Both the position numbers and the translations under genes were made by a program. This document shows, piece after piece, positions 50,630-63,390 of a stretch of 64,000 nucleotides of DNA. A model generated the notes under the pieces. The model did no database searches. It saw nothing but the letters and a program-made list of their open reading frames with translations, and was not told the DNA's origin. Location of the stretch: contig OX597820.1 in the NCBI GenBank assembly GCA_951406725.2, positions 100,936,001 through 101,000,000 of the forward strand. The letters run 5' to 3'. Source of the DNA: Octopus vulgaris (Eukaryota). Positions within the stretch are counted from its first letter, which is position 1; each line of letters starts with the position of its first letter.

Positions 50630-51030
50630 TTTTTACTCGTTTCAGTCATTTTGACTGCGGCCATGACGGAGCACCGCCTTTAATCGACCCACTCGACCCC
50701 GGGACTTATTCTTTGTAAGCCCAGTACTTATTCTATCGGTCTCTTTTGGCAAACCACAAAGTGACGGGGACATAAACACACCAGCATCGGTTGTCAAGCA
50801 ATGCTAGGGGGACAAACACAGATACACAAACATACATGCACATACATATATATATATACATATATACGACGGGCCTCTTTCAGTTTCCGTCTACCAAATC
50901 CACTCATAAGGCTTTGGTCGGCCTGAGGCTATAGTAGAAGACACTTGCCCAAGGTGCCATGCAGTGGGACTGAACCTGGAACCATGTGGTTGGTAAACAA
51001 GCTACTTACCACACAGCCACTCTTGCGCCT
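50630..51030 (-). mobile_element. SINE family A
   Basis: Matches other copies. Confidence 0.92.
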
Positions 51031-51267
51031 ATGTTAACTTTCTATATCACATAGTTGTTTATTTCTTGTCTGGCTTTCATTTTCTGTCTTGTTTTTTGGT
51101 TTGCCAATTCCCATTGGTGTTTTAACCATCCGTGCCACCAGATGGGGATCCAATATTACCATTAAGGCTCAAAAGTGCATTTGACCCTCTGGCCAATAAC
51201 TGATGAGGAATTGGTGGCCTTGTGTCTGTTTCCTGTTTGTTTGTACATTTAAAATGTTTTTAACTTA

Positions 51268-51462
51268 TCATCAGCATCATCATCATCATCTTTTAACGTC
51301 TGCTTTCCATGATAGCATAGGTTGGACGTGTGACTGAGGGCTGGCGAACCAGATGGCTGCACCAAGCTTCAATCTTGATCTGGCAGAGTTTCTACAGCTG
51401 GATGGCCTTCCTAACGCCAACCACTCCAAGAGTGTAGTGGGTGATTTTACGTGCCACCAGCA
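51268..51462 (-). mobile_element. RTE 3'UTR fragment (family D)
   Basis: Matches the 3' end of 37110-37826. Confidence 0.85.
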
Positions 51463-51507
51463 TGTATGTTTATGTACATATCTATGTGTGTATATATGTA
51501 TATGGTT

Positions 51508-51695
51508 GTTTCCGAGTGGTCGTTTCTGCTCGGAAACGACCACTTGGTGGCCTTCACAACGGTGGAGTTACGATTTCAGGAGGGTGATTGGTATCACATG
51601 GATGAGAAAGGCATGATCCAGAGAGGAGTGGACAGCATGCTGTGACCAGTGGTGTTAAATGGACACCCGACAAACTGGTCGGTCAAGGTGATCAA
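51508..51695 (+). mobile_element. Short LINE-like 3' end sharing its tail with SINE B (TA-associated variant)
   Basis: TGTGACCAG..CTGGTCGGTCAAGGTGATC versus TGTGACCAG..CTGGTCGGTCACGTGATC at 22025 and 30211-30260. Confidence 0.55.
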
Positions 51696-51710
51696 TGTAT
51701 GTAATTTTGG

Positions 51711-51993
51711 ATGTTCATATTTGACAGCTGAGCATGGAAAAAATTGCTTGCAAAACCCCAAATTTTTGTAATAGTTTCAAAATTTCCTGTTCTACACACT
51801 GCATGCTAGACACACATGCACACACACACGTATGTGTGTGTGTGTGTGTGTGCATGCATGCATGTGTGCATACATGCATGAATGAGTGTGTGTAACATTC
51901 CCTGTGTAGAATAGGGGAGACAGAAACTAATAATACAAAAATTGGTGATTTAGCAAGCAATATTTTCCATGCTCAACTGTCAAATATGAATAT
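51711..51993. mobile_element. Foldback MITE with ~90-bp TIRs and a central (CA)/(TG) tract
   Basis: TTCATATTTGACAGCTGAGCATGGAAAA.. / ..TTTTCCATGCTCAACTGTCAAATATGAA. Confidence 0.85.
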
Positions 51994-52752
51994 TTTAGGG
52001 GCCAAATTCCATCTGTAAATCAGCAGAAAATATGAATAAATCTATCTGTTTCTCAGCATTGTAAATATTTCAAGCATAGAACTAGATTATACCACCCCCA
52101 ATCACCACCACCACCAACACCACCACCAAAAAAAAGAAAAAAATTAGGGTTTATGAAAGTGCTTCTTGCTGTTGTAGACCTTAACATATAATCAGTGGAC
52201 GTTTGTAAAGGAAATAACAGCAGGTTTAGTGTCAAAATATACAGAAGCACAGACAAACTGTCTCCTTGAAATATTCCTTTTCAAATATTTATAACATCAG
52301 AGATAATTGTTCTCTATTCATTTACAAATGTGAGGGTTGTTGACTAGATTAATATGATCCTCTCAAAGACAGCAAGATATGCAGAAGGCATATGACAACT
52401 GCTTGTGATTTCAGCAGTGATGAGTGGAAAAAAGAATTGCTTTTCTGTAAATCAAGCCATATTTTCACAAAGTTTTCTGTTGTATTTTCTTTCTCAGAAA
52501 GCATAGATTTTTTTCTCAAAATTTATTTATCTTTCCACCATCCAATTTACCAATCACTATATTGTTAAACTCACAATGGTCTTAGAGGAACTGGTTGAGA
52601 TAGTTTGTATACAATTAATACATGATGTTTAGGCAAGCATTGAGTTTACAGTTTTCTGCTAAGTGAGTGTTTTTATTCTTGGCAGCAAGATTTATCTATG
52701 TTACGGCAAACCAATATGGTTTGCTAATCTACCCTTCATAGTTTTTTGAAAA

Positions 52753-52790
<38 letters not shown>

Positions 52791-52859
52791 ATGTGTGTAT
52801 GTTTCTATGTATGTGTATATGTATGAGTGTGCATGCATACATGTAAGTATTTTTTTTTT

Positions 52860-53053
52860 TTTTATTTGTTTCAGTTATTTAATTGTGTCCATGCTGGAGC
52901 AACACCTTTAGTTGAACAAATCGATCCCAGGACTTATTCTTTGTAAGCCTAGTACTTATTCTATCGATTTCTTTTGCCAAACTGCTAAGATATGGGGATG
53001 TAAACACACCAACATAAGTTGTCGAGCGATGGTGGGGGGACAAACACAGATAC

Positions 53054-53091
<38 letters not shown>

Positions 53092-53300
53092 ACACACATA
53101 CACATACATACATGTATATACAAGGGTTGGACAAAATAATGGAAACACCTAGCATCATAGCATCATAATTTTGAAATATCTATAAAAGCAAACCTCAATA
53201 TGTTGTTTATTTTTATGTTTATTGATTTATTATTAGAGTTGCTTAATATGTTTTGCTAAAATTGCTGTTTCTTTTCAGACACACAAACATATACATATAC

Positions 53301-53373
<73 letters not shown>

Positions 53374-53556
53374 ATATACATACATACATACATACATACA
53401 TACATACAGATGGGCTTCTTTCAGTTTCCGTCAAACAAATCCACTCACAAGGCTTTAGTCAACCTGAGGCTATAGTAGCAGACATTTGCCGAAGGTGCCA
53501 CACAGTGGGACTGAAGCCAGAACCATGTGGTTGGTAAGCAAGCTACTTACCACACA
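52860..53556 (-). mobile_element. SINE family A halves separated by a Tc1 TIR fragment (53121-53275)
   Basis: TA|CAAGGGTTGGACAAAATAATGGAAACACC lies inside the internal microsatellite. Confidence 0.8.
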
Positions 53557-53694
53557 TAACCTTTCTTTGAATTTTATTTAAGTTGTTCTTGAGAGAGTTC
53601 GAGCCAGTCATGAACAAAACAAGACTTTTTGAGTAAGGAGAGTTCCTGGTGTTTGTAAACATGTGGCTAAGTCATGTATGTATGTATGTATGTA

Positions 53695-53765
<71 letters not shown>

Positions 53766-54305
53766 AATTGAAAGGTATAATGAATAAACACTCCAATTGG
53801 TCAAAACAACTTTATATCATTCCTGAATTATCAAAAATCAAATATAAATATATATCAAAACAATAGGGCACCCAATGGTAAATCAAACAGTATAAAATAT
53901 ACGCATCTACATCATCATCGTTAAACGTCCGTTTTCCAGGCTAGCATGGGTTGGACGGTTCGACCAGGGTCTGGGAAGCTAGGAGGCTGCACCAAGCTCC
54001 AGTCTGATCTGGCAGTGTTTCTACAGTTGGATGCCCTATAAAAAGTGATAAAGCCTAAAAGGGTAATATGAGTGAAGTCGAAAGAAGAAAAATATATATG
54101 GAATAAATTAATGCATAATAAAGGTGACTAAAAATTTAAGGCAATGCAGCTAAAATAATATAAATATAAATCGATAAAAATACAAGAGTATAAATATAAA
54201 AAAAAAAGTGTAAGGTAACAACAATAAAGTATTTATATGTGGATGTATGTATATGTGTATGTACATAAGTATGCATACATGTATGTATGTATGTATGTAT
54301 GTATG

Positions 54306-54765
54306 AGAAATCTCAAGTTGCACATGAGAAAGTAAGGCGGGATGTCAGGAAGGGCATCGCTGTTAGACTTCCAGATGGGAAGGGTCTTCCTTTGATGCTG
54401 ACATGCAATGTCTGTGCAAGACCCTGCCTCAGTAAAGCTGGACTCAAGAGTCATCTTCGTAGTCATAAAGTGAGACAAATGAGTGACAACCTGGCCACTG
54501 GATGTGGTGTAACACACCATACTAATCATATCTGTCGGGCATGTGGAAGAAAGTGTAATTCGGCAGGAGGACTTCAACGACATGCAAAGGTACATGAAGC
54601 CCAGTTACAACTACAGCCGGCTATTATTGGTAAAGGTTTTAGTTGCCAATTCTGTACAAGACATTGTAGAACTTTAGCTGGGCTAAAAAGTCACATTCGA
54701 TCACAGTACCAGTAACAGTTAAGCTTCATACAATGGCCATACTCGATAACGAGGGGGCAGCCATA
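54306..54765 (+). mobile_element. RTE-type LINE 3' end encoding three C2H2 zinc fingers, inside (TATG)n
   Basis: Open frame to TAA at 54715: CNVCARPCLSKAGLKSHLRSH, CRACGRKCNSAGGLQRHAKVH, CQFCTRHCRTLAGLKSHIRSQ. No TGEKP linkers. 50-bp 3'UTR with CTCG-ATAA-CGAG stem-loop. Confidence 0.85.
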
Positions 54766-55072
54766 ATGTATGTATGTATGTATGTACATAAGTATGCATG
54801 CATGTATGTATGTATGCATGCATGTATGTATGTATATTTTTTGTCACTAAATGGTCATCAAAGAGTGAAAACGTTTGTCGTAAACAGAAAGACAAAGTGA
54901 CACTTCCTTGTCTCCCTTATAGTAAAAAATGCAGTGAACCAGTGACTGACCTGCAGCTAACTCTTCTATTGTTCACAAGTGCAATACAGTAGAGCTACCT
55001 ATTCATGGACAAGTATAGCTAGGTAATATGCCCCATACTTTCACTAATTGTGTATATATATATCTATATCTA

Positions 55073-55450
55073 TCATCATCATCATCATCATCATCGTTTA
55101 GTGTCCGTTTTTCATGCTGGCATGGGTTGGACGGTGCAATTGGGGTCTGGGAAGCCAGAAGGCTGCACCAGGTCCAGTCTGATCTGGCAATGTTTCTACG
55201 ACTGGATGCCTTTCCTAATGCCAACCACTCCATGAGTGTAGTGGGTGCTTTTTACGTGCCACCGGCACAGGTGCCAGACGAGGCTGGCAAACAGCCACGA
55301 TCGGATGGTGCTTTTTACGTGCCACTGGCACAGGGATCACAACTGCAGTTTCCATGGATTTTTGATGTTGGTGTACTTGACTCAATGGATCTCCTCAAGC
55401 ACAGGGTTGAAACGGTGTTTCTTTACTTGCCACCTGCACAGGAGTCAGTC
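55073..55450 (-). mobile_element. RTE 3'UTR fragment (family D)
   Basis: Matches the 3' end of 37110-37826. Shorter copies lie at 32795-32950 and 53908-54036. Confidence 0.85.
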
Positions 55451-55558
55451 CATATATATATATATGTATGTATGTATGTATGAATATATATATATATATA
55501 GCCATCTCAAGATGGTGCTCCAGCATGACCACAGTCCAGTGACTGAAACTAGTAAAGA

Positions 55559-55590
<32 letters not shown>

Positions 55591-55623
55591 GATAGATAGA
55601 AGGCAGACAGACATATGTACATA

Positions 55624-56524
55624 TCTACTACATGTGTGGAAATCTGTTGGTGTGTTTGTGGCATTGTTATCTAACTCCTCCAACATCGTTTTATTGACTT
55701 TGATGAAACTTGACATGTGAGTAGAACACATGTCTGGAAAACTAGTGACATACACAGATTGTGTAAAAAAATTGATAATAGGGTCCTTGGAAGGGATTCT
55801 TATATCTACTACATGTAACTAATATATAATTTTAAACATCCAAGGGAAATAACCCATTAGCTCCTGAAAGGGATCCTTATATATAGCCAAGGGAAATAAT
55901 CCATGTTTGTAAATTATTTTGTATAAATCAAATTGAGTATGCTTATTTCTTAGTATTTGAACTATTTGAGTTATTTTCGCAATTTATCCAGTACAATGCT
56001 TAAACAAGTAAATAGTATTTTCCTAAACAATACATCCACTCATTTTGGTTAGTGACTTATTCATGAATATACCAGCACTAGCGCCACTGACGGTAATATT
56101 CTCTGTGAATGTACAAAAGCTTTATCAGAGTTATTTTGAATTGTCATTATCTCATATCTGATTCACCTGTTATTACATAACATGCTTCATGATTTTAGTA
56201 TATCTACCTTATTAGTATTTCCTCCTAAATTCTATATACTCTGGGAATATATTAAAGCCCTTTTCGGGGCTACTTTATTTGAATTCTTCCTATCGGGTAA
56301 TAACTTTCATATTATTACCTAATTGACTTCACAATTTGGGTATTCATACCTTGTCTAAAAACAAGATCTTGTGTAAGACAGTTCGGTATTCTCAATAAAT
56401 GCACAGAAACCATTTTAAGGGCTACCTACTTTGTATTGTTGTTACTGGATTAGCAAATCAGTTATGAGAACGGAACCAAGTGATATGCCACGCTTTCCCA
56501 GGAATTACTGGGTATGTCAGCTAG
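55624..56524 (+). mobile_element. Non-autonomous Helitron, copy 1
   Basis: A|TCTACTACAT start, CCCAG-GAATTA-CTGGG hairpin, then CAGCTAG end. Confidence 0.85.
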
Positions 56525-57602
56525 TCTACTACATATGTGGAAAATCGGTGTGTTTGTTTGTGACATTGTTAGCTAACTCCTCCTACACCGATCTACTGAT
56601 TTTGATAAAACTTGACACATGAGTAGAACTCATGTCTGGAAACCTCGTGAAATACTTAGATTGTTGAAAAATCAATAATACGGACCCTTGAAGAAACCTT
56701 TATATCTACCTCATATAACTAATTTTTTTTAAACACCCAAGGGAAATAACCCATAGCATCTGCAAAATATTTTTTTAAACACTCAAGGGAGATAATCCAT
56801 TTCATTGTTTATCAGCTGACCTAATTCTGCATTTCACTGCTCACATTATTATTGTACTTCCTTAATTTGAATCTTAAACCTTAAAGATTTCATTCATACA
56901 TTTCTATACATACATACTTTTTTGAACACCCATTACTCCAATAATTCTGCATTTTTATAGTTACACTTTTTCCATGACAATAGATAAATTTTTTATTCCA
57001 CAACATATTTGTAGTAGCTTCATGCAGGCATAGCGTGAATTCAATCCTCGAATGCCAAATTTTTCTTAACACTTCAAGAGCGCTTTTCTCATGGTAAAAC
57101 AATAGTTTTTCTGCATATGACAGCCAGTATACATTTCCCAGCTGCCTTTGCTAAGCAGAATAATATCTTTGCCACTTGACCCTTCTAACCTCTTCTAGGC
57201 AACCACTGGCTGGAATGGAGATAACAGACCTCCAACAAAACCATTTGTTCTCAACAATATGTCTATCCTTCTGACTGCTTTTTGATAGTTATAAAAACAA
57301 AAACTCCATAAGCTAAAAGCAGTTACTGAGAGCGACCATCAGTGAGTGTGAACGTTATTATTGCACTTTCTTCGAACACTTCATTCATATATTTATATAA
57401 TCTCTCTCACCAACCTCCGACAATCTTTGTCACCAACCTCCAACAATCTCTCCCTCCTCCAGCTGACAATTTTTTGCACTTTTCCGTGACAGAAAATACA
57501 CCTTTTGTGGCAGTTATAACGAAATTGCTTTCTTACATCAAAGTATTAAGGCATTTCAATAGAACATCTTTACCCCCGGGAATTACCGAGTACACCAGCT
57601 AG
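56525..57602 (+). mobile_element. Non-autonomous Helitron, copy 2 (head-to-tail with copy 1)
   Basis: TCTACTACAT start directly after CTAG, first ~230 bp homologous to copy 1, CCCGGGAATTACCGAG..CAGCTAG end. Confidence 0.85.
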
Positions 57603-57789
57603 AATATACATGCATACTTATCTGCAGCTCTTGGTGGTCCAAATCAGATGTGGAATCTATGTGGGTGTCTTTTCAGAACATTGCCTGGTTTAAAATGCCA
57701 CATCAGATGCCATGATGGATCTAAGGTGTAGGTACAGGAGGTGGTCAAACTCTGCAGAAGGAGCAGACAACCATCATGTAATATGTGTA

Positions 57790-58333
57790 TCATCAGCATC
57801 ATCATCATCGTTTAGCATCTGCTTTCCATGTTAGCATGGGTTGGACGGTTCAACTGGGGTCTGGGAAGCCAGAAGGCTGCACCAGGCCCAGTCTGATCTG
57901 ACAATGTTTCTACGGCTGGATGCCCTTCCTAACGCCAACCACTCTGTGAATGTAGTGGGTGCTTTTTACGTGCCTGACGAGGCTGGCAACGGCCACCATC
58001 AGATGGTGCTTTTTACGTGCCACTGGCACAGAGGCCAGCCGGGGCGGCACTGGCAACGGCTACGTTCGGATGGTTCTCTTACGTGCCACCGGCACTGGGA
58101 TCACAACTACATTTTCCATTGATGCTGATCGATTTCGATTTTGATTTTCACTTGCCTCAACAGGTCTTCGCAAGTAGAGTTTTGTGTCCCAAGAAGGAAG
58201 GTATGCATAAGTGGACTGGCTACATCCCAGGTAGAGGACACGGGTTATGGTCTCACTTGTCCTGCCGGGTCTTCTCACACATAGCATACTTCCAAAGGTC
58301 TCAGTCTCTTGTCATTTCCTCGGTGAGACCTAA
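57790..58333 (-). mobile_element. 5'-truncated RTE LINE (family D)
   Basis: Colinear with 37110-37730, including the ORF end. Confidence 0.9.
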
Positions 58334-60390
58334 ATATATTGCAATACTCCAAATGCTAAACTGGAATTCACTTTCTTTATGGAGAGAAACTTTCTACTTC
58401 TATTGGTAAAAATAAGAATAGAGGAGAAGGGAGAAGTCCTTTCTACCCCACCACACCACCACCTCCATTTAATCAATAATGTCACAATTGAGTTAACCTG
58501 TGTCTTTATTCAATCATAGTTAACTTAAATAATTTTAGAGAGTTTCCCTGTACTGTTAAATAATAACTAAGAGAAACAAAGTAGAGAGCTTCCAGACAAC
58601 AAATTATCAAGGATAAATCGGCTTTGTTTGACATATCTCAGAAGTTTTTAGTAATATTTTTCATCAGTAAAAATGCAACGCAACAATAAGCTTCTTTCTT
58701 CTGAAGAAAAAGCAAATAAAGAAAAATAAGATTCTGTTTTGATGCTATGAACAGAAATAGGACCCATAACGATAATTATTTTATGTATGCTAAAAGTATT
58801 TCTTCTTAATGAATGCATGAGAGTAATTAACGGTAAATAAGTAATTAACACTGATTTCTGAGATAGGTACAAAGGCATAAATTAGCAGAAAGGAAGGGGT
58901 TCAATTGATTAGATACACCACCCTAGTTTTAACTGTTACTTTATTTTTATCAATTGTGGATGCATGGATGGAAAACAAAATGGATCCCAGTGAAATATGT
59001 ACAGAAGAAGGGTTTTTTTTTGTTCAGTTGTTCTTTTATTTCTGCTCCCTGACTGCCCTAAAAAGAACAAATTATTATGAAGAATTAACTGTGAAATATC
59101 GGTAACAATACTGGTTGACTTTTTTTTTAAATTTATTTATTTCCTTTTTTTTTCTTTTTTATCTTTAAACATAAATATAATCAACTTGTGTAAGATGATT
59201 CAAAGCGTTTAATGATAGGTCTGTTCAATCAGGTTTGGCCTGCAGCTAAACAACATCATTAACATCCTCACTGCATTACATTCCCCATCGCTGCTGCCAC
59301 CACCACCACCACCATTATGATTTTTACTGTCATTATTATCATTATCTGCACTATCACCACTACCATCATCACCATCTCCATCACCACCCTCATCATTATC
59401 ACAATTGTGATTAAATGATAGTTTTATTTCACACATTACAAAAGTAAGACAGACAGAGCTAGCTGCTACCAGTTTCATAAGTATGGATGCATTATAGGTA
59501 TAAGATTACATAAAAGAGAAGCAAAGGTTTTTAGCAATTTCATTTTGTTATTCTGTCCCTAACACATACTGAGAGGGATGGAAAAGGGAGAGAGAAGGTT
59601 ATAGGGAAAGAATGCTGTAAACCAACCTATCTATTAGGATAACATAAAATAAGAGATAAGCTCCTGAAAATTTGAGCCCTGGTAAATGAGGCTTAATTCC
59701 TGGATATTGTTTAGCCCAAGGTCAGCCTTGCTCAAGCAGACTTATAGTCAAAGGTATCCCAACCATGTCCAATACAGTGTGATTTGAGGGAGAAATAGCT
59801 GATATTTCTAACTAGTTCTAGGCTCCTTTGTTGGTTCAAATTCATAGAAATAGTTTGAGTGCAGAGGTTGAGAGAGATTCCTGAGGGTATAAATGAACAC
59901 ATGATTTCTGGTTGCTGCTCAACCTCAGGTTGAAAAGAAATCACTTGTCCACAAGATACTTCTCCAAACATGTACATAGGAGGCTTGCCTCTTGCTGCAA
60001 GCAAATATGTAGCCAGCCAACTCTTAGCCCAAACACAACTTATATTTGTAACTCTCTACCAGTAAAGTGATTATAGCTTCTGACAAAGTTAACAGTTGTA
60101 TATATTGTAAAGTCTATGTGCAAATAAAAGGTATCATCAAAAATCTAAGAGAACCATAACCAAATAATCAAATAACCTATTAAACCAATTCACAAGATAC
60201 TGCAATGAAAATAATTTTTTAGGTTATTCAAAAAAATTTGGAAAGAAATAAACAAATTTATTTGACAACCCAATGCATGTGTACATATGAACGTATGAAT
60301 GTTTATAACCCAGCCTATGAAATTTTGAAGCTATGAGATAATGATTAATTCAAAACAACGTAAATAAATAAGTTTCATGCTTGACAAAGT

Positions 60391-60391
<1 letters not shown>

Positions 60392-60439
<48 letters not shown>

Positions 60440-60662
60440 GTTTAACGTCCGCTTTCCATGCTAGCATGGGTTGGACAGTTCAACTGGGGTCTGGGAAGCC
60501 AGAAGGCTGCACCAGGCCCAGTCTGATCAGGCAGTGTTTCTACAGCTGGATGCCCTTCCTAACGCCAACCACTCCGTGAGTGTAGTGGGTGCTTTTTACG
60601 TGCCAGATGACTCTGGAAAACAGCCATGATCGGATGGTGCTTTTTATGTGCCACCGGCACAG
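60392..60662 (-). mobile_element. RTE 3'UTR fragment (family D) with long (GAT)n tail
   Basis: Matches the 3' end of 37110-37826. Confidence 0.88.
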
Positions 60663-61018
60663 AGACCAAATGCTGAAGGGTTTGAGTTTGCCACCTACCA
60701 CAAAAAATTTGTTCAACCATGGGGAAATGTTACCTTGCTTGTAAACAAGACATTTGGAGAAAAGAAGGGATGTAGAAAATCTGATTTAATGAATTCTGTC
60801 TGACCCAAACAAGCATGAAAAAGTAGGCATTAAAATTGCAATAATGGTGATGATAATGATGATGATGATATATTTTGGTTCTTATACTTCCAAGTTACTA
60901 AAATATGAGCCAATGATGAAGCCTCAATGTGGTCACTCAACCTGCTAGAAATAGCTGCCTATTACTCTGTGTAATATGATTTTTGTCCTTGGGTAGCAAC
61001 TGTTATTTCCTATTTGCT

Positions 61019-61391
61019 TACTCTTACTCTTTTACTTGTTTCAGTCATGTGACTGTGGCCATGCTGGAGCACTGCCTTTAGTCTTTGTAAGCCTAGTACT
61101 TATTCTATCAGTCTCTTTTGCCAAACCACTAAGTTACGGGGACATAAACACAACAGCATCGTTTGTCAAGTGATGTTGGGGGAGACAAACACATACACAC
61201 AAACATATCCACACACATACATATATACGACTGGCTTCTTTCAGTTTCCGTCTACCAAATCCACCCACAAGGCTTTGGTTGGCCCGAGGCTATAGTAGAA
61301 GATACTTGCCCAAGGTACCACGCAGTGGGACTGAACCTGGAACCATGTGATTCGTAAGCAAGCTACTTACCACATAGCCACTTCTACGCCT
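61019..61391 (-). mobile_element. SINE family A
   Basis: Matches other copies. Confidence 0.9.
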
Positions 61392-62059
61392 ACCCACAGA
61401 AAGTATGAAAAATGGTTAATATTTCCTTCAAACTTTACTTTTGTTACACTTATTCAAACCCCAAGGAATCCCACTCAACACATGACTATGATGCACCCCA
61501 CCACACACACAACTCTACTTTTGCTTATGATCAGAGATGCACGTATTGTCAGCTCCTAACAGACATGTTCAAGTGGGTAAGGTCAAACAACTGACAGCAG
61601 AATATTTGCTATAACGATATTTCTGCTTCAGCAACACAGTGCTAAGTCTGTCTGAAAAGTAATGGAAAATAGGTCAGTTTCAAATCATTGATGTTAGGTT
61701 ACAATAGCAAAGTTTGAAGGGAAGAGTAGCCATTTCCTTTGATTTCTAGATAGAAGAGAATAGGAATAAACCCATACTGACCAAAGACAAAAAACATTAA
61801 AACTTTGTTACATGGTGTTACCCTTCAAAATCACACTCTACTTCTTAAAAAAAAACAATGAAAGAAAACCGCATATTGGATAAAATACTCCAAGATAAAT
61901 TTTATCTGAAAAGACAAGTTAGACATAGCTAAAATTTTTTTATCATATGATTGTTCAACCAAGGTTAACATGAGGCTAAACAGTATCAACAGCTATTAAA
62001 AAATATGTTCATTCAAAAATAAACTGGACACAGAGTAAAAACAAATACTGATAACAGAG

Positions 62060-63161
62060 GGAGATGTTAACGTTTTATTGATTCAACAGAAGGAAATAAT
62101 GACAAGAAATATACAAAAATAGTTGTTGTAAGTCATTAAGAATGTCAATAGAAAAAAAAAATGGTTTTTTTCTAGAAAAAGGATTTTTTAAAAAATTAAA
62201 TATTTAATTTCAGGCTAACAAATTCATGACTAAACTAACTGCAGTAATAAATTGATGGGTAGGCATTGAATAATAAAAATACAATGTATAAAAGGCCACG
62301 TGTTGCATTAGAAGATAGAGTTACAGAATATGAGAAGAGAGGGTAAGCAACAGGAAATTGTGATAATTAAAAAATTAGGTACACAGTGTGTGTGTATATA
62401 TAAACATTTCATTTATTTTTACATTCTTGTCTTTAAAATTTCTATATTTAACATAAAAAAATAAATTATATTTACAAAGTTTAAAGTAACAAAGAAAAAA
62501 TGTTTATATACAATAAAAAGGATTACATGTTTTTTTTTTACTTCTATTTTTCTTACATTTTCAAACAATCTCTAAGACGAAAAAAACATCTCCAATAATT
62601 GTCAATTTAAGGGAAGGCAAAAAAAAAAGCATAAAAATGAACCATAAGTTACAATGTCAGCAGAGAGCACAACATGCTGACATTAGATGGAAGCAAACAA
62701 ACTCTACATATGGTAGCAGAGGCTGCTGTAGTGACTACATTTACACAACTAACTCTGTTCGTGTCTTTTAACAAGATTTCCATCAACAAAAGCAAATATA
62801 CCTTCTATTTTTTTTTTCAATAAACGATAACTTATTTGATAAAATATAACATTTTTCCTTCTTCTTTTCTTTTTCACCATTTTTGAATACTTGTCTTCCC
62901 TTTCTAGTTAAGATGCGATTTAAAAAAAAAAAGAAAACAAATAACAAAAGAGGCAGCAAAAAAAAAAAGAAATCTTCTCAATAACAGATAGAAGAAACAA
63001 ATCTCAGCTGCAATATTTGGCACCATTCTGATACTAACACATACACACATTCACTCACACACACTTACACACATGCTCCCACACAAAAACGCATACACGA
63101 CACAAAGTTGTGATTTTTTTAGTACCAGCTTATTGATTAAGTTATAAAATAGTTTTAACTG
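62060..63161 (-). other. Probable 3'UTR of the minus-strand host gene
   Basis: TE-free and U-rich on minus, directly after the stop codon. AATAAA on minus at 62412-62417 and 62074-62079. Confidence 0.55.
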
Positions 63162-63390
63162 TCAAGACGGTTTTGTTTTAAGAGGGAAATAAGAAGAGGC
63201 CAATGGTGGCTGGATAGGACGATTTATGTTAAGATGTGCAGGTAACCTGGATGATGTCAGGATGGGAATTGGAAGGGAAGGCACTGAATGGTTCTTGTTT
63301 GGAGGTATCCCAACTGTGGATTTAACTGGATTTTGATGAGGATCTGCTTCATTTCCTTTGGAAGATATATGACCATTATGGATTATGTCC
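63162..63390 (-). CDS. Terminal coding exon of an unidentified host gene (Pro/Ser-rich C-terminus DIIHNGHISSKG...SYFPLKTKPS*)
   Basis: Strong acceptor ttgtttttgccttttattttctttccctag at 63391, 1 nt plus 76 codons open to TGA, raised GC, followed by TE-free UTR-like DNA. Confidence 0.8.

Noticed and set aside
52300-52520. Possible exon or hAT dimerisation-domain remnant
   Set aside because: The motif similarity is too weak to call either way.
54287-54715. Host C2H2 zinc-finger gene
   Set aside because: The start codon lies in the microsatellite, there are no TGEKP linkers or splice acceptor, and the 3' end is shared with another repeat.
58640-58701. Minus-strand exon after the strong acceptor ttgctttttcttcag
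   Set aside because: All three frames stop within about 20 codons and no linked exon was found.
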